Assembly: GCA_038087875.1 (NCBI GenBank)
Contig: CM075978.1
Location: forward strand, 139,376,001 to 139,440,000
Length of the DNA: 64,000 nt
Direction: 5' to 3'
From: Malacoraja senta
Lineage: Eukaryota
Under the pieces are notes generated by a model. The model saw only the letters and a list, made by a program, of their open reading frames with translations, had not been told where the DNA came from and ran no database searches. How positions within the stretch are numbered: position 1 is the first letter of the stretch; each line of letters opens with the position of its first letter. Of this stretch, positions 1-13,580 are shown piece after piece. The translations under genes and the position numbers were made by a program.

Positions 1-544
1 CATAATTTATCCACAACAAAATATACAGGTTGCAAGGAATTTTCTAAAGGCATTTTATGATAATAGCTGTTAAAACTGACTATACCCATCTGACAGGTTA
101 AACATTACACTAACTAACAAGAGATGGCCAAAGGACATAAATGCAACAAATGTTCTTTTGGTAATATATTTAAAGGTGTCAAGACGCCACGTTACTGGAC
201 ATTCAGATTAGATGTATGCGTTGTGAACAGCAATGAAGATACCCAGTTTGTAAGCAACAATTAAAAAAAAAATTGTTGATAACTGCTTTTTCCATCATTC
301 CCACCTCAGAATTAAGGTTAAAATTTCAACTGAAATATCTCCTGACCAAATTTGTGATGTATATGACTGATTGTAGAAGTGAAACCTGGATAAATCCAAC
401 GTATACTTGTGAATGTTGCTCATTAAATAACTACAGTACTGATACTCCATATTAAGAGCACTGATTTGCCGTTAAAATGAATTCTGTAATAACAAATTGA
501 CAATCGAACACTGCGGTTTGAAAGTTTCACGTGTTCACAATTTA

Positions 545-1035
545 ATTAATCGTGGCAGAGAATTCCACAAATTCACAACTCTGGGTGAAAACGTTTTTTC
601 CCATCTCAGTTTTAAATGGCCTCCCATTTATTCTTAGACTGTGGCCCCTGGTTCTGGACTCCCCCAACATTGGGAACATTTTTCCTGCATCTAGCTTGTC
701 CAGTCCTTTTATAATTGTATATGTTTCTATAAGATCCCCCTCATCCTTCTAAACTCCAGTGAATACAAGCACAGTCTTTCCAATCGTTCCTCATATGACA
801 GTCCCGCCATCCCGAAGATTAACCTCTGAACCTGCGCTGCACTCCCTCAATAGCAAGGATGTCCTTCCTCAAATTAGGAGACCAAAACTGTACACAATAC
901 TCCAGATGTGATCTCACCAGGGCCCTGTACAACTGCAGAAGGACCTCTTGACTCCTAATCTCAAATCCTCACGTTGTGAAGGCCAACATGCCATTAGCTT
1001 TCTTCACAGCCTGCTGTACCTGCATGTTTACTTTC
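545..1035 (-). mobile_element. CR1-like LINE fragment (RT C-terminal region)
   Basis: Reverse strand reads as a CR1 ORF2 tail ([29 protein letters not shown]). Confidence 0.8.
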
Positions 1036-2342
1036 CTACCGCATCACCTTATTTACCTACACCCAGGGGCTCACTTCTGTTCTACAGGTGGGAATGTGGG
1101 GGTAGAGTGAAGAGGAGGTTCCCTCCCCAAACCTCCTCTTCACTCTACCCCCACATTCCCACCTGCATGGTGATATGCATCCAGTGGGAACACGTCACTT
1201 CGTGGGATGTTCTCCAAATTGGCAAAGAATGTTGTGATCCAGTTGCAGTTTATGCTTTATATTTTCTTGGTTACCCATTTTCCAATGGTATTTTCAGACA
1301 GAGAACAGGATGCTGATATATATTCTGAATCACAACATCAGAATGATTCGAATTGTTTTTCAGTAACTTAAGCACTACTTGAAGTAAAGCTATAGATTTT
1401 GAATCTGGAATCAAATTCCTTCAAAGCCTCCAATCAGCACTGAAGTGAATGCCTCTGTACTTCATACACTACTTTTGCTAGCTTTGAGAGGACAGGTGGC
1501 TGAACTGAAAGAAGGTACCTCTGAGGGAGCACAGTTACGTTTATGTGTTCAAGTCTGTCCTGGACCTTGAACTACGGCCCTCTGAAGAAAGTGACCAAGA
1601 GGCAAGAAGTCTTTCTGCTAATTTCCATTTGTTCACAGCTTCCAACTGAATATTTGGTTGGAAATAACCAATTACAATTTTCTTTGTTCTGTTGATATCT
1701 GACACTTTAGTGTTTTTCCTCTGAGGCCATATTTTCATTTGTCCCCCGTTTGAGGGATAAATATGGGATGGATATCTTTAAACTTGCACATTATTAAGAT
1801 GTTGCAGGGTATTCTTGTCCATCCAGTCGGTTAAATTCAGTTACACTGATCACAGACATTTGGAAAATTACTTGACCAAATATGGAAAAGCAAGTTTCTC
1901 ATAGAGGTTTTTGCTTGAACCATAATTTTCTCCTGTTTTCTGAAGCTGAAGACCAATGTTCATCATGCTCAAATGTTCACGATGCCATCCCTTATTGTTC
2001 ATTGCTCAAAATATATTCTTGCAATTTTGACATAGGCCACCTGCATTTTGTAGAAATTATTGCCTTTACTATTGTTTTAATATGAATGTCAACCTACCAA
2101 GTTTATAATTCCTAACCTGTTTTATAATCTTCCAGTGAAGCTTAGAGTTATGAAAAGCTCTTCTATCCTTTTCTTCCAAACAAATTTAATTAACTATTCT
2201 TGGATGCATTCCATTTTGTTCTCTTGCCTTATGAGTTGTCAGGCATGGCAGGTTTAATAACAATTTCATTATGATTTGAATTGGTCTCATTTATGGAGAA
2301 TTAGTATTGTTCCTCCAATACCAGAAAGTACACGGATATAAT

Positions 2343-4251
2343 GTGTAGGAAAGAACTGCAGATGCTGGTTTAAATCGAAGGGGACACAAAATGCTGGAGT
2401 AAACTCAGCGGGACAGGCAGCATCTCTGGAGAGAAGGAATGGGTGATGTTTCAGGTTGAAGCTTCTTCAGACTGATGTCAGGGGATTGGGTGGGACAGAT
2501 GGATTGTAGTCGGATACAGTAAGACTGGTAGGAGAACTGGGGAGGGGATGGAGAGAGAGGGAAAGCAAGGGCTATTTGAAGTTGGAGAAGTCAATGTTCA
2601 TACCGCTGGGGTGTAAGCTACCCAAGCAGAATATGAGGTGCTGTTCCTCCAATTTGCGCTGGGCCTCACTCTGACAATGGAGGAGGCCATGGACAGAAAC
2701 AACTTCAATGACTTCCATTTTCCAGACCCCCACTCTCTCATCTTTGCTATGGATGTCCAGTCACTCTACACCTCCATCCCCCACCAGGAAGGTCTTAAAG
2801 CCCGCTGTTTCTTCCTGGACTGCAGAACCAGCCAATTTCCATCTAATACTCTGCATAGCAGAGCTGGTCCTTACCCTCAACAACTTCAACACGTCCGACT
2901 TCCTCCAAATCCAAGACGTAGCTATGGGCACTCGCATGGGCCCCTGCTATGCCTGCCTCTTTGTAGGGTATGTTGAATGATCACTGGTCCTATCTCTGAA
3001 CTCTACCTCCTGCACCCATGCAGAACTCACTGACTTCATCAACCTCACAACCAATTTCCATCCTGCACTCAAATTCACTTGGACCATCTCCGACAGTCTC
3101 TAGATCTCGGATTGTCTAGATCTCATCGTCTCCATCACAGGTGACAGACTATTGACCGACATCTACTACAAACCCACTGACTCCCATAGCTATCTACACT
3201 ACACTTCTTCCCACCCTGCTTCCTGTAAAGACTCTATCCCCCTACTCCCAATTCCTCCGTCTACGTCACATCTGCGCCCAGGATGAGGTTTTCTATACCA
3301 AGGCATCGGAGATGACCTCATTCTTTAGGAAACGGAGGTTCCCCTCTTCCATTATAGATGAGTCTCTCACTAGGGTCTCCTCGATTACCCGCAGCTCCGC
3401 TCTTTCTCCCCCTCCCCCCATTCGTAACAAGGACAGAGTCCCCCTTGTTCTCACCTTTCACCCCATCAGCCGTCACATACAGCATATAATCCTCCAACAT
3501 TTTGCCACCTCCAACGGGATCCCACTACTAGCCACATCTCCCCATCTGCACCCCTTTCTGCTTTCCGCAGAGACAGTTCCCTCCACAACTCATTGGTCAA
3601 CTCATTCCTTCCCACCCAAACCACTCCCTCCCCAGGTCCTTTCCCCTGCAGCTGCATGAAATGCAACACGTGTCCCTTTACCTCCCCACTCGACTCCATC
3701 CAAGGACCCCGAATGTCTTTTCGGGTGAGGCAGAGGTTCACTTGCATCTCCTACAACCTAATCTACTATATCCGCTGTTCCAGGTGTCAACTCCTGTACA
3801 TTAGCGAGACCAAGCGCAGGCTCGGCGATCGTTTCGCTGAACACCTCCGCTCAGTCTGCCTTAACATACCTAATCACCCGGTTGCTCTGCACTTTAACTC
3901 CCCCTCCCATTCCCAATCTGACCTTTCTGTCCTGGGTCACCTCCATTGTCAGAGTGAGGTTCAGCGCAAATTGGAGGAACAGAACCTCGTATTTCGCTTG
4001 GGTAGCTTACACCCCAGCGGTATGAACATTGACTTCTCTAACTTCAAATAGCCCTTGCTTTCCCTCTCTCTCCATCCCCTCTCCCTTCCCAGTTCTCCCA
4101 CCAGTCTTACTGTCCCCGACTCCATTCCATCTCTTTCCCGCCCACTCCCCTGACATGAGTCTGAAGAAGGGTTTTGACCCAAAACGTCACCCATTCCTTC
4201 TCTCCAGAGATGCTGCCTGTCCCACTTACTCCAGCATTTTGTGTCCACCTT
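2343..4251 (+). mobile_element. Penelope-like retroelement, 5'-truncated, with an inverted copy of its 3' end (2343-~2698) at the left
   Basis: RT motifs FAMDVQSLYTSIPH and VAMGTRMGP; GIY-YIG endonuclease in ORF 3593..4051 (CxxC, LIYYIRC, LLYISET, RFAEH, VALHF); frameshifted; 16-bp TSD agtaca(c/t)ggatataat at 2327-2342 and 4252-4267. Confidence 0.9.
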
Positions 4252-4379
4252 AGTACATGGATATAATTTCTGTTGCATTTTATTTCTTTAAAAAAAAAAA
4301 ATCAGTTTTGAACTTTTTGTTTTTTACCTTCTTGGCCTCCATTTCTGCCATCACATTTTCCAATGATGTAATAGGTGAA

Positions 4380-4700
4380 GTGTCAATGGTAGGAAATTCA
4401 AGCTCAACTCCAAAGATTTCAATCTGTAATCTAACCTTCGGATGGACATTAAATATCTCCACACAATTTTCAAGGGTAGTGAGGATAGTGCGATGTTTTA
4501 ATCAAATTTTATCTTGGAACAACAATCAAAAAACAGATTACCTAGCCGTTTCTGTGTTGCTGTAGGAATGTTGTGAGATATTTGGCTGAATTATTTCCTG
4601 TTTTGCAGCTGTTACTTTAGCTCAAAACATGGATTTCACAAATGACACTGAATGATGCCTGATGTTGTGAAAAGTGTTTTCTGAAAGTACGATCAATCTT
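4380..4700 (+). repeat. Very old Deu-domain-like SINE relic (similar relics near 8030-8340 and 30640-30830)
   Basis: Degenerate aaacagatta...gttgctg...ttggctg...tttcct...gtgaaaagtg motif order recalled from DeuSINEs; weak. Confidence 0.35.
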
Positions 4701-5189
4701 CCCTAACCAGCATCTTGCTGAAATCAGTAAGACATTGCAACTTTTGGGTTTGCCTTTGATGTTTTTATTGATGTGCGGTTCAAGTGCTTGCTTCAAGCAG
4801 TCTGGTTGTCCTACAGGAGTGAGTCGAGTTGAATAGTGTAACAAGGGTACATTACACACAACCATTGGACGATTGTTAAAGCAAAGAGCAATCCAGTGGC
4901 AATCTCTCAGGGCTGTCATCTCTAATGACATGAAACTGGATAATCTGACCCATTCTGTACTACTGTACACGCAGATTCATCTAACTTTAAAAATGATCCC
5001 CATCCTGGCAGCCTTAAAAACAAATAATAATTTGTCTTTAAAGTGACATAAAAAGCAAACAAAAATCTTAGAACTGCTTTCAGCCATTCAAGACATTTGC
5101 ATTCTTCCAATACTTGGCTTTGTGGTTTTAAGCATTCCTCCATTGGCTTCATTTCCCAAATTATGATTCTGCAGCTCATCAGTGACTAA

Positions 5190-5685
5190 GTGGATTTCTG
5201 TATTACTTTAGGCAATTTAACAGACATGATTAATGCTGATGTCCACAGAGATACACTTCTGTTTCCATGATATTTCCTCTGAGGATGGGACATTCTACAT
5301 GTGAAACTCTGGGATGTCTTCCGTCTTAATTAACCATGGCTTTCCCTCGACCATAGTTGACAGAGCCCACCTCCAAGTCCCTTTTATTCCTGCATCTCTA
5401 TTTTTGCCTTTCTCTCTTCCCAGCTAAATGAAGGATAGAGATCATCTGCCTTCACTTTCCACCCCACTAGTCTCTGCATTCACCTGAGCATTCTTCACAA
5501 TCTCTGCACCTTCAAGGAGATTCCACTATGAAACATGTCTTCTCCTTCATCCCCTTTTAGCATTTCAAAGGCATTGTTTCCTTTGCCACACCCTGTTCTG
5601 TTCTCTCCCACCAACCACTCCCCTTCTTGAAGCACTCTCCCATGCATGTGGTCTTTTCCCTGACAGGGAAGAACTTGTAAAACTC
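5190..5685 (+). mobile_element. Older, diverged Penelope-like fragment (RT-EN linker)
   Basis: Collinear similarity to 3230-3660 (gaggatg..., gatagag...cactttccacccc). Confidence 0.6.
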
Positions 5686-5689
5686 CCAA

Positions 5690-5915
5690 TCACAAGGTAT
5701 TGGAGAAACCCACGGACTAGTCGGACAAATCACCAGGACCTGATGGCCTGCACTCGAGCGTTTTCAGTGAAATGGCTACAGAGATAGTGGAACCATTGTT
5801 CAAAATGTTTCAAAACTTGCTAAATTCCTTGAGGGAACCAGAAGATTGAAAAACAGTCAATAGAACTCCCTTTTTCAAAAAGGGAGGAATATGTAGGGCA
5901 GAGAATTATAGGGCT
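5690..5915 (+). mobile_element. CR1-like LINE fragment (RT N-terminal region)
   Basis: Translates KSPGPDGLH...EMATEIVEPL...PFFKKGG. Confidence 0.75.
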
Positions 5916-6011
5916 TGGTTCCAGAGCATTGTCTCAGTAGATTGAATGGTTGCCCATTCATTATGGCGATTAGTTCCAAAGTGTTGGGGCAATGATAGAA
6001 CTTTGTTTAAT

Positions 6012-6224
6012 CCAAACACAAAGTGCTGGAGGAAGTCAGGAGGTCAGGCAGCATTGGATGAGGGAACGCACAAGTGATATTTCGGGTCAGTACCAGTCTG
6101 AAGAATGGTCCCGACCCGAAACATCACCTGTCCATCCCCTTCACTGATGCTGCCTGACCTGCTGAGATCCTCTAGCACTTTGTGCCTTGCTCAAGATTTC
6201 AACATCTGCACTTTCTTATGTTAA
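6012..6224. mobile_element. Fold-back pair of Penelope-like 3' termini
   Basis: Imperfect palindrome cacaaagtgctggagg... / ...cctctagcactttgtg; 13-bp TSD aactttgt(t/g)taat at 5999-6011 and 6225-6237. Confidence 0.75.
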
Positions 6225-6949
6225 AACTTTGTGTAATGAATGTCTTCACTGAGATTGGGTTTTGTCCATCGTTTGTGTACACTTCAGTTTCACAGAATTA
6301 ACATCCTATTCTATGTCTCTCCCACCTCTAGATACATCATTCTAGACCCCAGGCAACTCTCTCTTATTTCTTTGTCTGTCCCTAGTAAACTTAGGGTCGC
6401 CAAACTCTGTTGGCTGTGGCTTAATTAGTCTGGTTCATGCATTACCGCATCTTCGTTAGCCTCCACTGGTTCCTGATTAGGTCGTGCTTGATTTAAAAAT
6501 TAAATATCCTTGTTTTTCAATTGCTTCATGGTCTTCCCACCTCATCGCTGTAATTGCTAATTCTACAGTCCTTTATGAAATCTGCACTTCAAATTCTGGG
6601 CTCCAGAGCACCTGTGATTCTCATCTTTCCACCAATGACAGCCGTGTATGCACTTTCCAAGACTATATACTTTGGAATTACCTCCCTGAACTTATTTGAC
6701 ACACTGCTTCTCTTTCCCCAGTATGATATGCCTTCAAATATAAATAATCAACCAGAAATCATCTTGTGCATCAAATTTTGCTGAACAATCATCCTGTACA
6801 ATTGTTGGTGCTGCTGATGAGAGACCTGAGCCCACATGTAATATCCTTCATGTCATCCCAGTTTGGATAATCTGGGCATTAACCAGGGACCCTGTGGTTT
6901 AGGGAAGCCTATTTAGGGAAACCACTGCATGATTTCCATGATATTCATT

Positions 6950-7990
6950 GTCATAGTCATACAGTGTGGAAACGGGCCCAACTTGCCCTCGCTGACCAAC
7001 ATGCCCCATCTACACTTGTCCCACCTACCTGTGTTTGGCCCATATCCTCCTAAACCTATCCTAATCATGTACCTGTCCAAATGCTTCTTAAGCATTGCGA
7101 TAGTACTTTCCTCAACTACCTCTTCCGCCAGCTCGTTCCATACACTCACCATCCTTTGTGTAAAAAATAAAGTTATCACTTAGGTTCCTATTCAATCTTT
7201 CCTCCCTCACCTTAAACCAATGTCTTCTGATTCTCGATTCACCTACTCTGGACTTTGTGTGTTTACCCGATCTATACCTCTCACGACTTTGGATACTTCT
7301 ATAAGATCACTCCTCATCCTCCTGTGCTCCAAGGAATAGAGTCCTAGCCTGCTCACCCACTCTCTAGCTCAGACCCTTAGTCCTGGCAACATCCTCATAC
7401 ATTTTCTCTGCACCGTTTCCAGCTTGACACCATCTTTCCTGTAAATTGGTGCCCAAAACTGAACACAAATGTGGCCTCACCAATTGTAGTAGCCATTTAG
7501 CTTAACTCAGTATGTTATAACTATAACCAGTTACCTTTAAATTTTATCTGCCTGTAATTATGTGGGTGGGATTTATTCCGTAGTCGGAGGCGTGTTTGTG
7601 GCTGGGATTCTCGCGCAGACGCCCTAATAGTTTTTAGTTTAGTTTGAAGAAGCATGGAGGAGAGGTCACAGCGTTCGACCATGCACGAGTTTGACTACGA
7701 GAAAGATCAAAATGTACTTAAACAAGAGGAAGTTTGGATGAATATCTTACTGTTTTTACTACTACAATAAAGAAACTATTAATTAAGAGACTGTGTTTTG
7801 TAGAGTTATCTTTCGACGGCATTGAATGTCTAGTGGAGAGCTCGTGAATGCGTTTCGATAATCTCCTAAACCCCTGACTTCAATCATAGTGGCTAGAGGA
7901 AAGATTCCTTGAACGATATAAAAATCTGTCACCACACCAATGTCTTATATAATTGCAACATGACCCCCCCCCCAATTTCTATAATCATCT
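6950..7990 (-). mobile_element. HER1/CR1-like LINE 3' part, interrupted by a solo LTR
   Basis: ORF 6913..7179 has FFTQRMVSVWNEL; (atgact)n tail at ~6950; LINE sequence resumes at 7937. Confidence 0.82.
7485..7936. mobile_element. Solo LTR (452 bp)
   Basis: TGT...ACA termini, perfect 5-bp TSD ccaat (7480-7484, 7937-7941), internal AATAAA near 7765. Confidence 0.8.
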
Positions 7991-8714
7991 GCCATCTTAT
8001 CTCCTGTGGTATTATATATAATCTCCTGTCAAAGTCCAAGCCCCACTGGATATTTGAGCACAAGCTTTAGACTGATTTTAATGCAGAACTGGATTTCTGC
8101 CTTATTTGAGATGCCATCTCCTAGCCGGCACTGTGTGACATTCTGAACTGCCTGCTTGTGAGTTCTCCATCATTGAACAACAGTAAAAGATGATCAGCTG
8201 CTTGTCCATTTACCGTTTGTGACAATTTGCAGTGTATAAATTGGATGTATCTTTTGCTTGCAAAACAACTGTATCTGTATTTCAAAAGTAACCTACTGGA
8301 GATGAAGTACTGTGAAATGATCTAGTTCTTTGGAAAATAAATAATGTTGCACATCTTTCCTCACTTGGGTTCCCTTCCTTCTTCCTTTTTCCTTTTGTTT
8401 TTTCTTCCTCTTCCCAAAATAATGTTATTGGTATTGACTGCTCAGTGATCCTTTCACTCGACACTTCTAACGTCTTCTTCCCAAATGTCCTTGAGGATAT
8501 TTCTTACTGTTCTCCATTCATATCCTATCATGTTTCCTCGTAAATTCTATTTATTGAAATGTGTTTTGAAGTTCTTTTTAAATTGCAAGAGAAAATGATT
8601 CTAAAACATTTCTATTCTAGTAATTTATCATTAAAATCAACATTAAAAAATGTGAGAGTAACATTTGGGGAGGTTTTACCATGAAATGTAGGTATTTATA
8701 AGGTCTGAACTACA

Positions 8715-9180
8715 GCTGCCTCAGGAGAGCAGGCAACATAGTCAAGGACCTTTTTCACTCCGGTAATTCCTACTCCCTACTCCCTGCTCCCTGCTCCCAT
8801 CAGGCAGAAGATTAAAAAAATCTTGAAAGCGTGTACCACGAGATGCGGGAACAAATCCTTTCCCTCTCATCAGACTTCTGAACAATTGTTCCATAAGCTA
8901 GGGTGTAGTCCCACTCCTTCAATTTATCTCTTTGTGAACAGTGGACTTTTTTCAGAACAGTAACGTTACAATGTTGAAAACTATATTCTGCACTTTGCTA
9001 TTTTTCTCTTTGCTCTGCCTGTTGTACTTGTACTTGGATGTATTCGTGTATAGTATTATCTGATTGATTTAATTATCTGATTTAATTGGAATTAAATCAT
9101 TATTATCTGATTTAATTGGAAAGCACGCAATCAAAGGCTTTTGACTGTATCTTGCCACTCGTAACAATTATAAACCACAA
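8715..9180 (+). mobile_element. Rex1/Babar-like LINE 3' end
   Basis: Degenerate RAGNIVKD..H.G...LPSGRR...TTR...IRLLN C-terminus followed by 3' UTR. Confidence 0.65.
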
Positions 9181-10399
9181 TCAATAAATTGCAATTTTGC
9201 AAGAAATGTTGCCATAAAACTAGATCTCTCTGGCATCTGGTTGGATTGTCTGACCTAGTTCCATTTCTGGTGTGACTGGCTATTCTTGGAGCATGCTGTC
9301 TAGCCACCAATTGCCGGTCCAGCCTCATCTATTTTTGCAGCAGACCAAGTCCATCATATTGAAGCAATGAATTGCAGTGCTCAGTTAATCTGTATTGGAA
9401 ACAAATGTGCTAGTTTCTAGCATAACACACACAAGCTTAAAAACATAATTTAAATGCTTAAAGAAAAATGTTTATGTAGTTTAAGCTATCCTCCCTTACC
9501 CAGAACAAAAATGTATTTTGATCATTACGCATTACTACAATAAATAGAACTGAGTATTGCTGTTCTATGGTTTTGTCTGACTTGACTGCAATTATTTGAA
9601 GTACATCACACAATTTATGTGTGGCCTTGAATAAGTAGTTCTGGATTGTATAGATGCTTTGTTATTATTTAATTACTAAAATGCAAAATATAAATATTGA
9701 ATCTTTTAAAATATGGATTTATATTGACTGCTAAATATTTACTTTGAGATCTTCTTCAAAATTCTAGTGTTACAAATTCATAAGTTCTGACGCATACATT
9801 TTCTTAAAGGGGCAGTGAATAAACTTGTACGGTTATTTTGCTGTGCTGCATTTAGTCTTCAAAATTAGCAACTGAAAAATGAAAATAAACATTTAAGTTA
9901 ACCAGATTCTGACAATTACTTGGTATTTATTAGGTTTTATTGTCCGGGAGAGGGAAATTGACCACGAAAGATTATTCCCTTCGTATCGTTCATTTCATTC
10001 CTCTGTCAGTACTGGTAGATGTCAGTCATCCAGCAACAATGCATCATTGAGCAGGATGAACAGCCAGCTGTGTTGACAAATTCTTCCAAGTAGCAAAACA
10101 TTAACTTTTTAAAAAAAACTTAGAGTAAATTCTTAAATATTTCTCTGAGCCAAATAAAGATTGCAACATAAGCATGACATTAAGAGAGAAGATGAAATTC
10201 TTTTAAAAATTAATTCATTTCATTGATTATGCTTCTGCTTCTGTGTGTGGAGTTTGCCAGAGAGAGATCTTCAATGTTTGTTGAAAATTTATGTTGCATC
10301 CCATTATACAAGCCTCAGATTTTTACAGGGGCACTGATATTATTTCCTTCATGAAGGCTGCTCATGTGCTGGAAGTAGTTGAGATTTGATGGGATAATG

Positions 10400-10756
10400 G
10401 AGATACAAGAGACTGCAGATGCTAGAATCTTGCGTAACAAATAAAGTGCTGGAGGAACTCAATAGGTCAGACAGTACCTGTGGATGGAAATGGATAGACG
10501 ATGTTTCGGGACAATAGGTGCAGGAGTTGGCCATTCGGCCTTTCGAGCCAGCACCGCCATTCAATGTGATCATGGCTGATCATCCACAATCTGTATCCCG
10601 TTCCTGCCTTCTCTCCATATCCCCTGACTCTGCCAACTTTAAGAGCCCTATCTAGCTCTCTTGAAAGTATCCAGAGAACCGCCTCCACTGCCCTCTGAGG
10701 CAGAGAATTCCACAGACTCACAACACTCTGTGTGGAAAAAGACCTTTCTTCAGACA
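10400..10756 (-). mobile_element. Penelope-like terminus interrupted by a CR1-like LINE 3' fragment (~10512-10735)
   Basis: PLE end ...gatgtttcggg stops at ~10511 and resumes as gacctttcttcagac at 10741; the insert translates SVVSLWNSLPQRAVEA. Confidence 0.72.
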
Positions 10757-12759
10757 TATTTTTGGCCCTTATATATTTTCTTTCCACTTCAAGTTGTAAC
10801 CTTTTCATTACTAGCTTTTTTTTCATGCAGATGAATACTGGTGATATTTCCAAACTCATTTTCTTAAGTTCTTGGATATTGTTTTCACCCTCTTCCCAGA
10901 CGTATGCCACTTTACTACACTACAACTCTATATTTCAATTCTTCCACTTTGATTTGGATCCCTGCTACGGTAACGTACAAGATTTTAGCAAAAATAAAAA
11001 TTATATTTGACCATGCCATTTCTCATTCATTTGGATGTCTGGTTGCTATTTAATGCTATAAAAATGAAAACATCTAATCCTTACAAGTTTTTCTCCAAAA
11101 CTCCTTTCCTTTAGTCAAACTTTCAGTCACATCTCATAAACTAGCCTCATCATGATTACTGTGTCCCAATCAATGAAGTCCTGTGAGAGTGAGGCAGGCT
11201 TGAGGTAACCAGTGGCTGGTTCCTACTTGTGTCTGAAAGAGCTGTTGATATGGGCAGTGGCAAAACAACATGTGGTTACAGCAGCAAAAATGGAAAATGC
11301 TGGAATTGCTCAATAGACCAGAAGATATGGAGAAAGAACTGAATGTTATTGATTTGGGTCAATGACACTACATCAGATAATCATGGATTTTTGTTTCACC
11401 TTCCATTAATGACTGGGACTGATTGGCATTATTCTGCAGCCTTATTCTTCACCTGAGCTTTCAAGCACTTTGTTGTTATTTCAGATTTCCAGCATCTTCA
11501 GGTTTTTTCATCCCTTTTGTGATTTGATTCCAACATTCTGCAACCTACTGTCTTGAGCAATGCTTTTACATTCCTCTTCAAATAGATATGTTAAATTATT
11601 ATTCATCTCCCTATATGTTCAAATGGTGAGCTGCATGAATAGCTCTGGAAAAAGTTTTGGAAATGGAATTCTGGTTATATATATTTATTAGTGTTAAAAT
11701 GAGTTATTAGTGTGATTTTTTTTTCTTTCATTTCTACTTCTGTCGTCTTGTTTATGCAGTTGGCTTATTTAACTCTGATTTGACTGGGACGTTGCCATTA
11801 ATTAAACTGAAGCCTTATTCTTGTAAACCAGGACAGGAAAATGCTGGAAACTAAACTCTGTAATTGCATAACTTTGACTTGTGTTCAACCAGAGGACCCG
11901 ACTGAAGCATGATTTAATCTTTCCTTAGTGGGAGGGAATTCGGCCTCTGAGCAGTCTTATGCTCCCAACTGATCTCCCAGTAACCTATTCTGTCTCACTT
12001 TGCCCGTTTAATGTCTTTTCTGATTGTCCAACCACCCACCTGCAATAGGAACATTTCCAGTTACCGTTGAACTTAACAACTTGTGTGAATACAAGAGGCT
12101 CTCATAGTTGTATTCAGATTTAAACTAATCTGAAAATGTGCCATTGAAAGCTGCAGTCATCAATTATACCATTAATTAGCAGAGATCATGTGGCATTATT
12201 AGGAGCCAAGAAACCAGAGAAGAGCATTCGGAGGCATTTTATTTTTTAATGCACTCTTTGCTAATCCCCCTCCAACTTTTGTGTACTTATGTTTATTCCA
12301 CTACATGTCCTTTGTTTGTGATAGCATTTTCTAAATTCACTCCCTGGTTCTAAGTATTCCTATTGAGACTGTCCAGATATATGTAAACAGTTTCTCACTA
12401 CTATTGATACCTGGAAAATCCATATCAAATTATCCCTGAACCTGCTGAAGTTGAGGGAATACCTCCATTGGTTGTATAATTACTCCATTTAATACAATAA
12501 TTGATGTGCAGGTATCATTCTGATAAATCATGTTTGCTCTCAAAGGCCATTAAATATTTATAAAGCTCATATAGACAAAGATTTCATGACTCTTTTTTGT
12601 TATATGCTGTGGTGTTTTAATAACCCAGACACAGGAGCACTTTGCACCTGGACCAGCCCCATATACTGTGGCTTCAAGAGCAGGCCAGTGGTTGGTTATT
12701 TTGCAGCAAGTATTTCATTCTCAGCAACCCAACTTCTTTCCATTATCCACAAGGAATAA

Positions 12760-13545
12760 GATAGGAATGTGATGGAATAATGTCCACTTGTCTGGATACT
12801 GCTGCTCCGACAGCTCGCAGGAAGCTCAACCCACAGTGGCGCAGCCGGTAGGAGTTGCCTCAGAGCACCAGTGACCCGGATTCAATCTGACCTCGGGTGC
12901 TGTCTGTGCGGAGTTTGCACTTCTCACTGTAACTGCATGGGTTTCATCCAAATGCTCCAGTTTCCACACACGTCCCGAAGGCGTGTTGATTTGTAGGTTA
13001 ATTGGCCTCTGTAAATTGTTCCTCTAGTATGTAGGAATTGGAAAGTGGTTAACATTGAACTAATGTGAACTGGTGATCGATGGTCGGCTTGGACTCAGTG
13101 GGGCAAAGGGCCCGTTTCCATGCAGTATTTCTAAATTAAACTACACCCATGCAGCCTTGGATATCAACATCGCAGCCTTTTTGGTTGGCTCCTGTCCACA
13201 TTAATTCCCTTCACCACCAGTGCACAGTGGTTGCAGTATTGAACCACCATGTTCAAAATGTGCTGATTGATCACCTAGGCAACCTCAACAGTATCTCTCA
13301 AATCTGTGATCTCCACCTATAACAGCGAGGACTTCAACATGGAACACCACCTCCTGCAAATACCCGTGATCCTGACTTGGAAATATATTATCTTTCCTCG
13401 TTGGTGCGGATTCTAAATCCTGGCTCAATCCCCAACAACATTGTGAGTGTGCATTCAGCTGAAGGATTGTTGCAGCATGAGGCAGTTTACTGCCATTTTG
13501 TCAAAGAGAATTAGAAATAGGCAATACCTGCTGGGCTCTTGATTA
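12760..13545 (+). mobile_element. Old CR1/L2-type LINE 3' region, interrupted by a SINE
   Basis: Degenerate ORF2 end and tail (tcaaagagaattagaaataggcaata...ctgg). Confidence 0.5.
12832..13143 (+). mobile_element. tRNA-derived HE1/V-SINE-like SINE
   Basis: A box (gtggcgcagccggta), B-box-like ggattcaatc, central gagtttgcacttctc...gtttcc domain, LINE-like tail ending (ctaaa)n. Confidence 0.85.
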
Positions 13546-13580
13546 ACACAACACAGCGATCCTAAAAAATGCAAGCCTAA

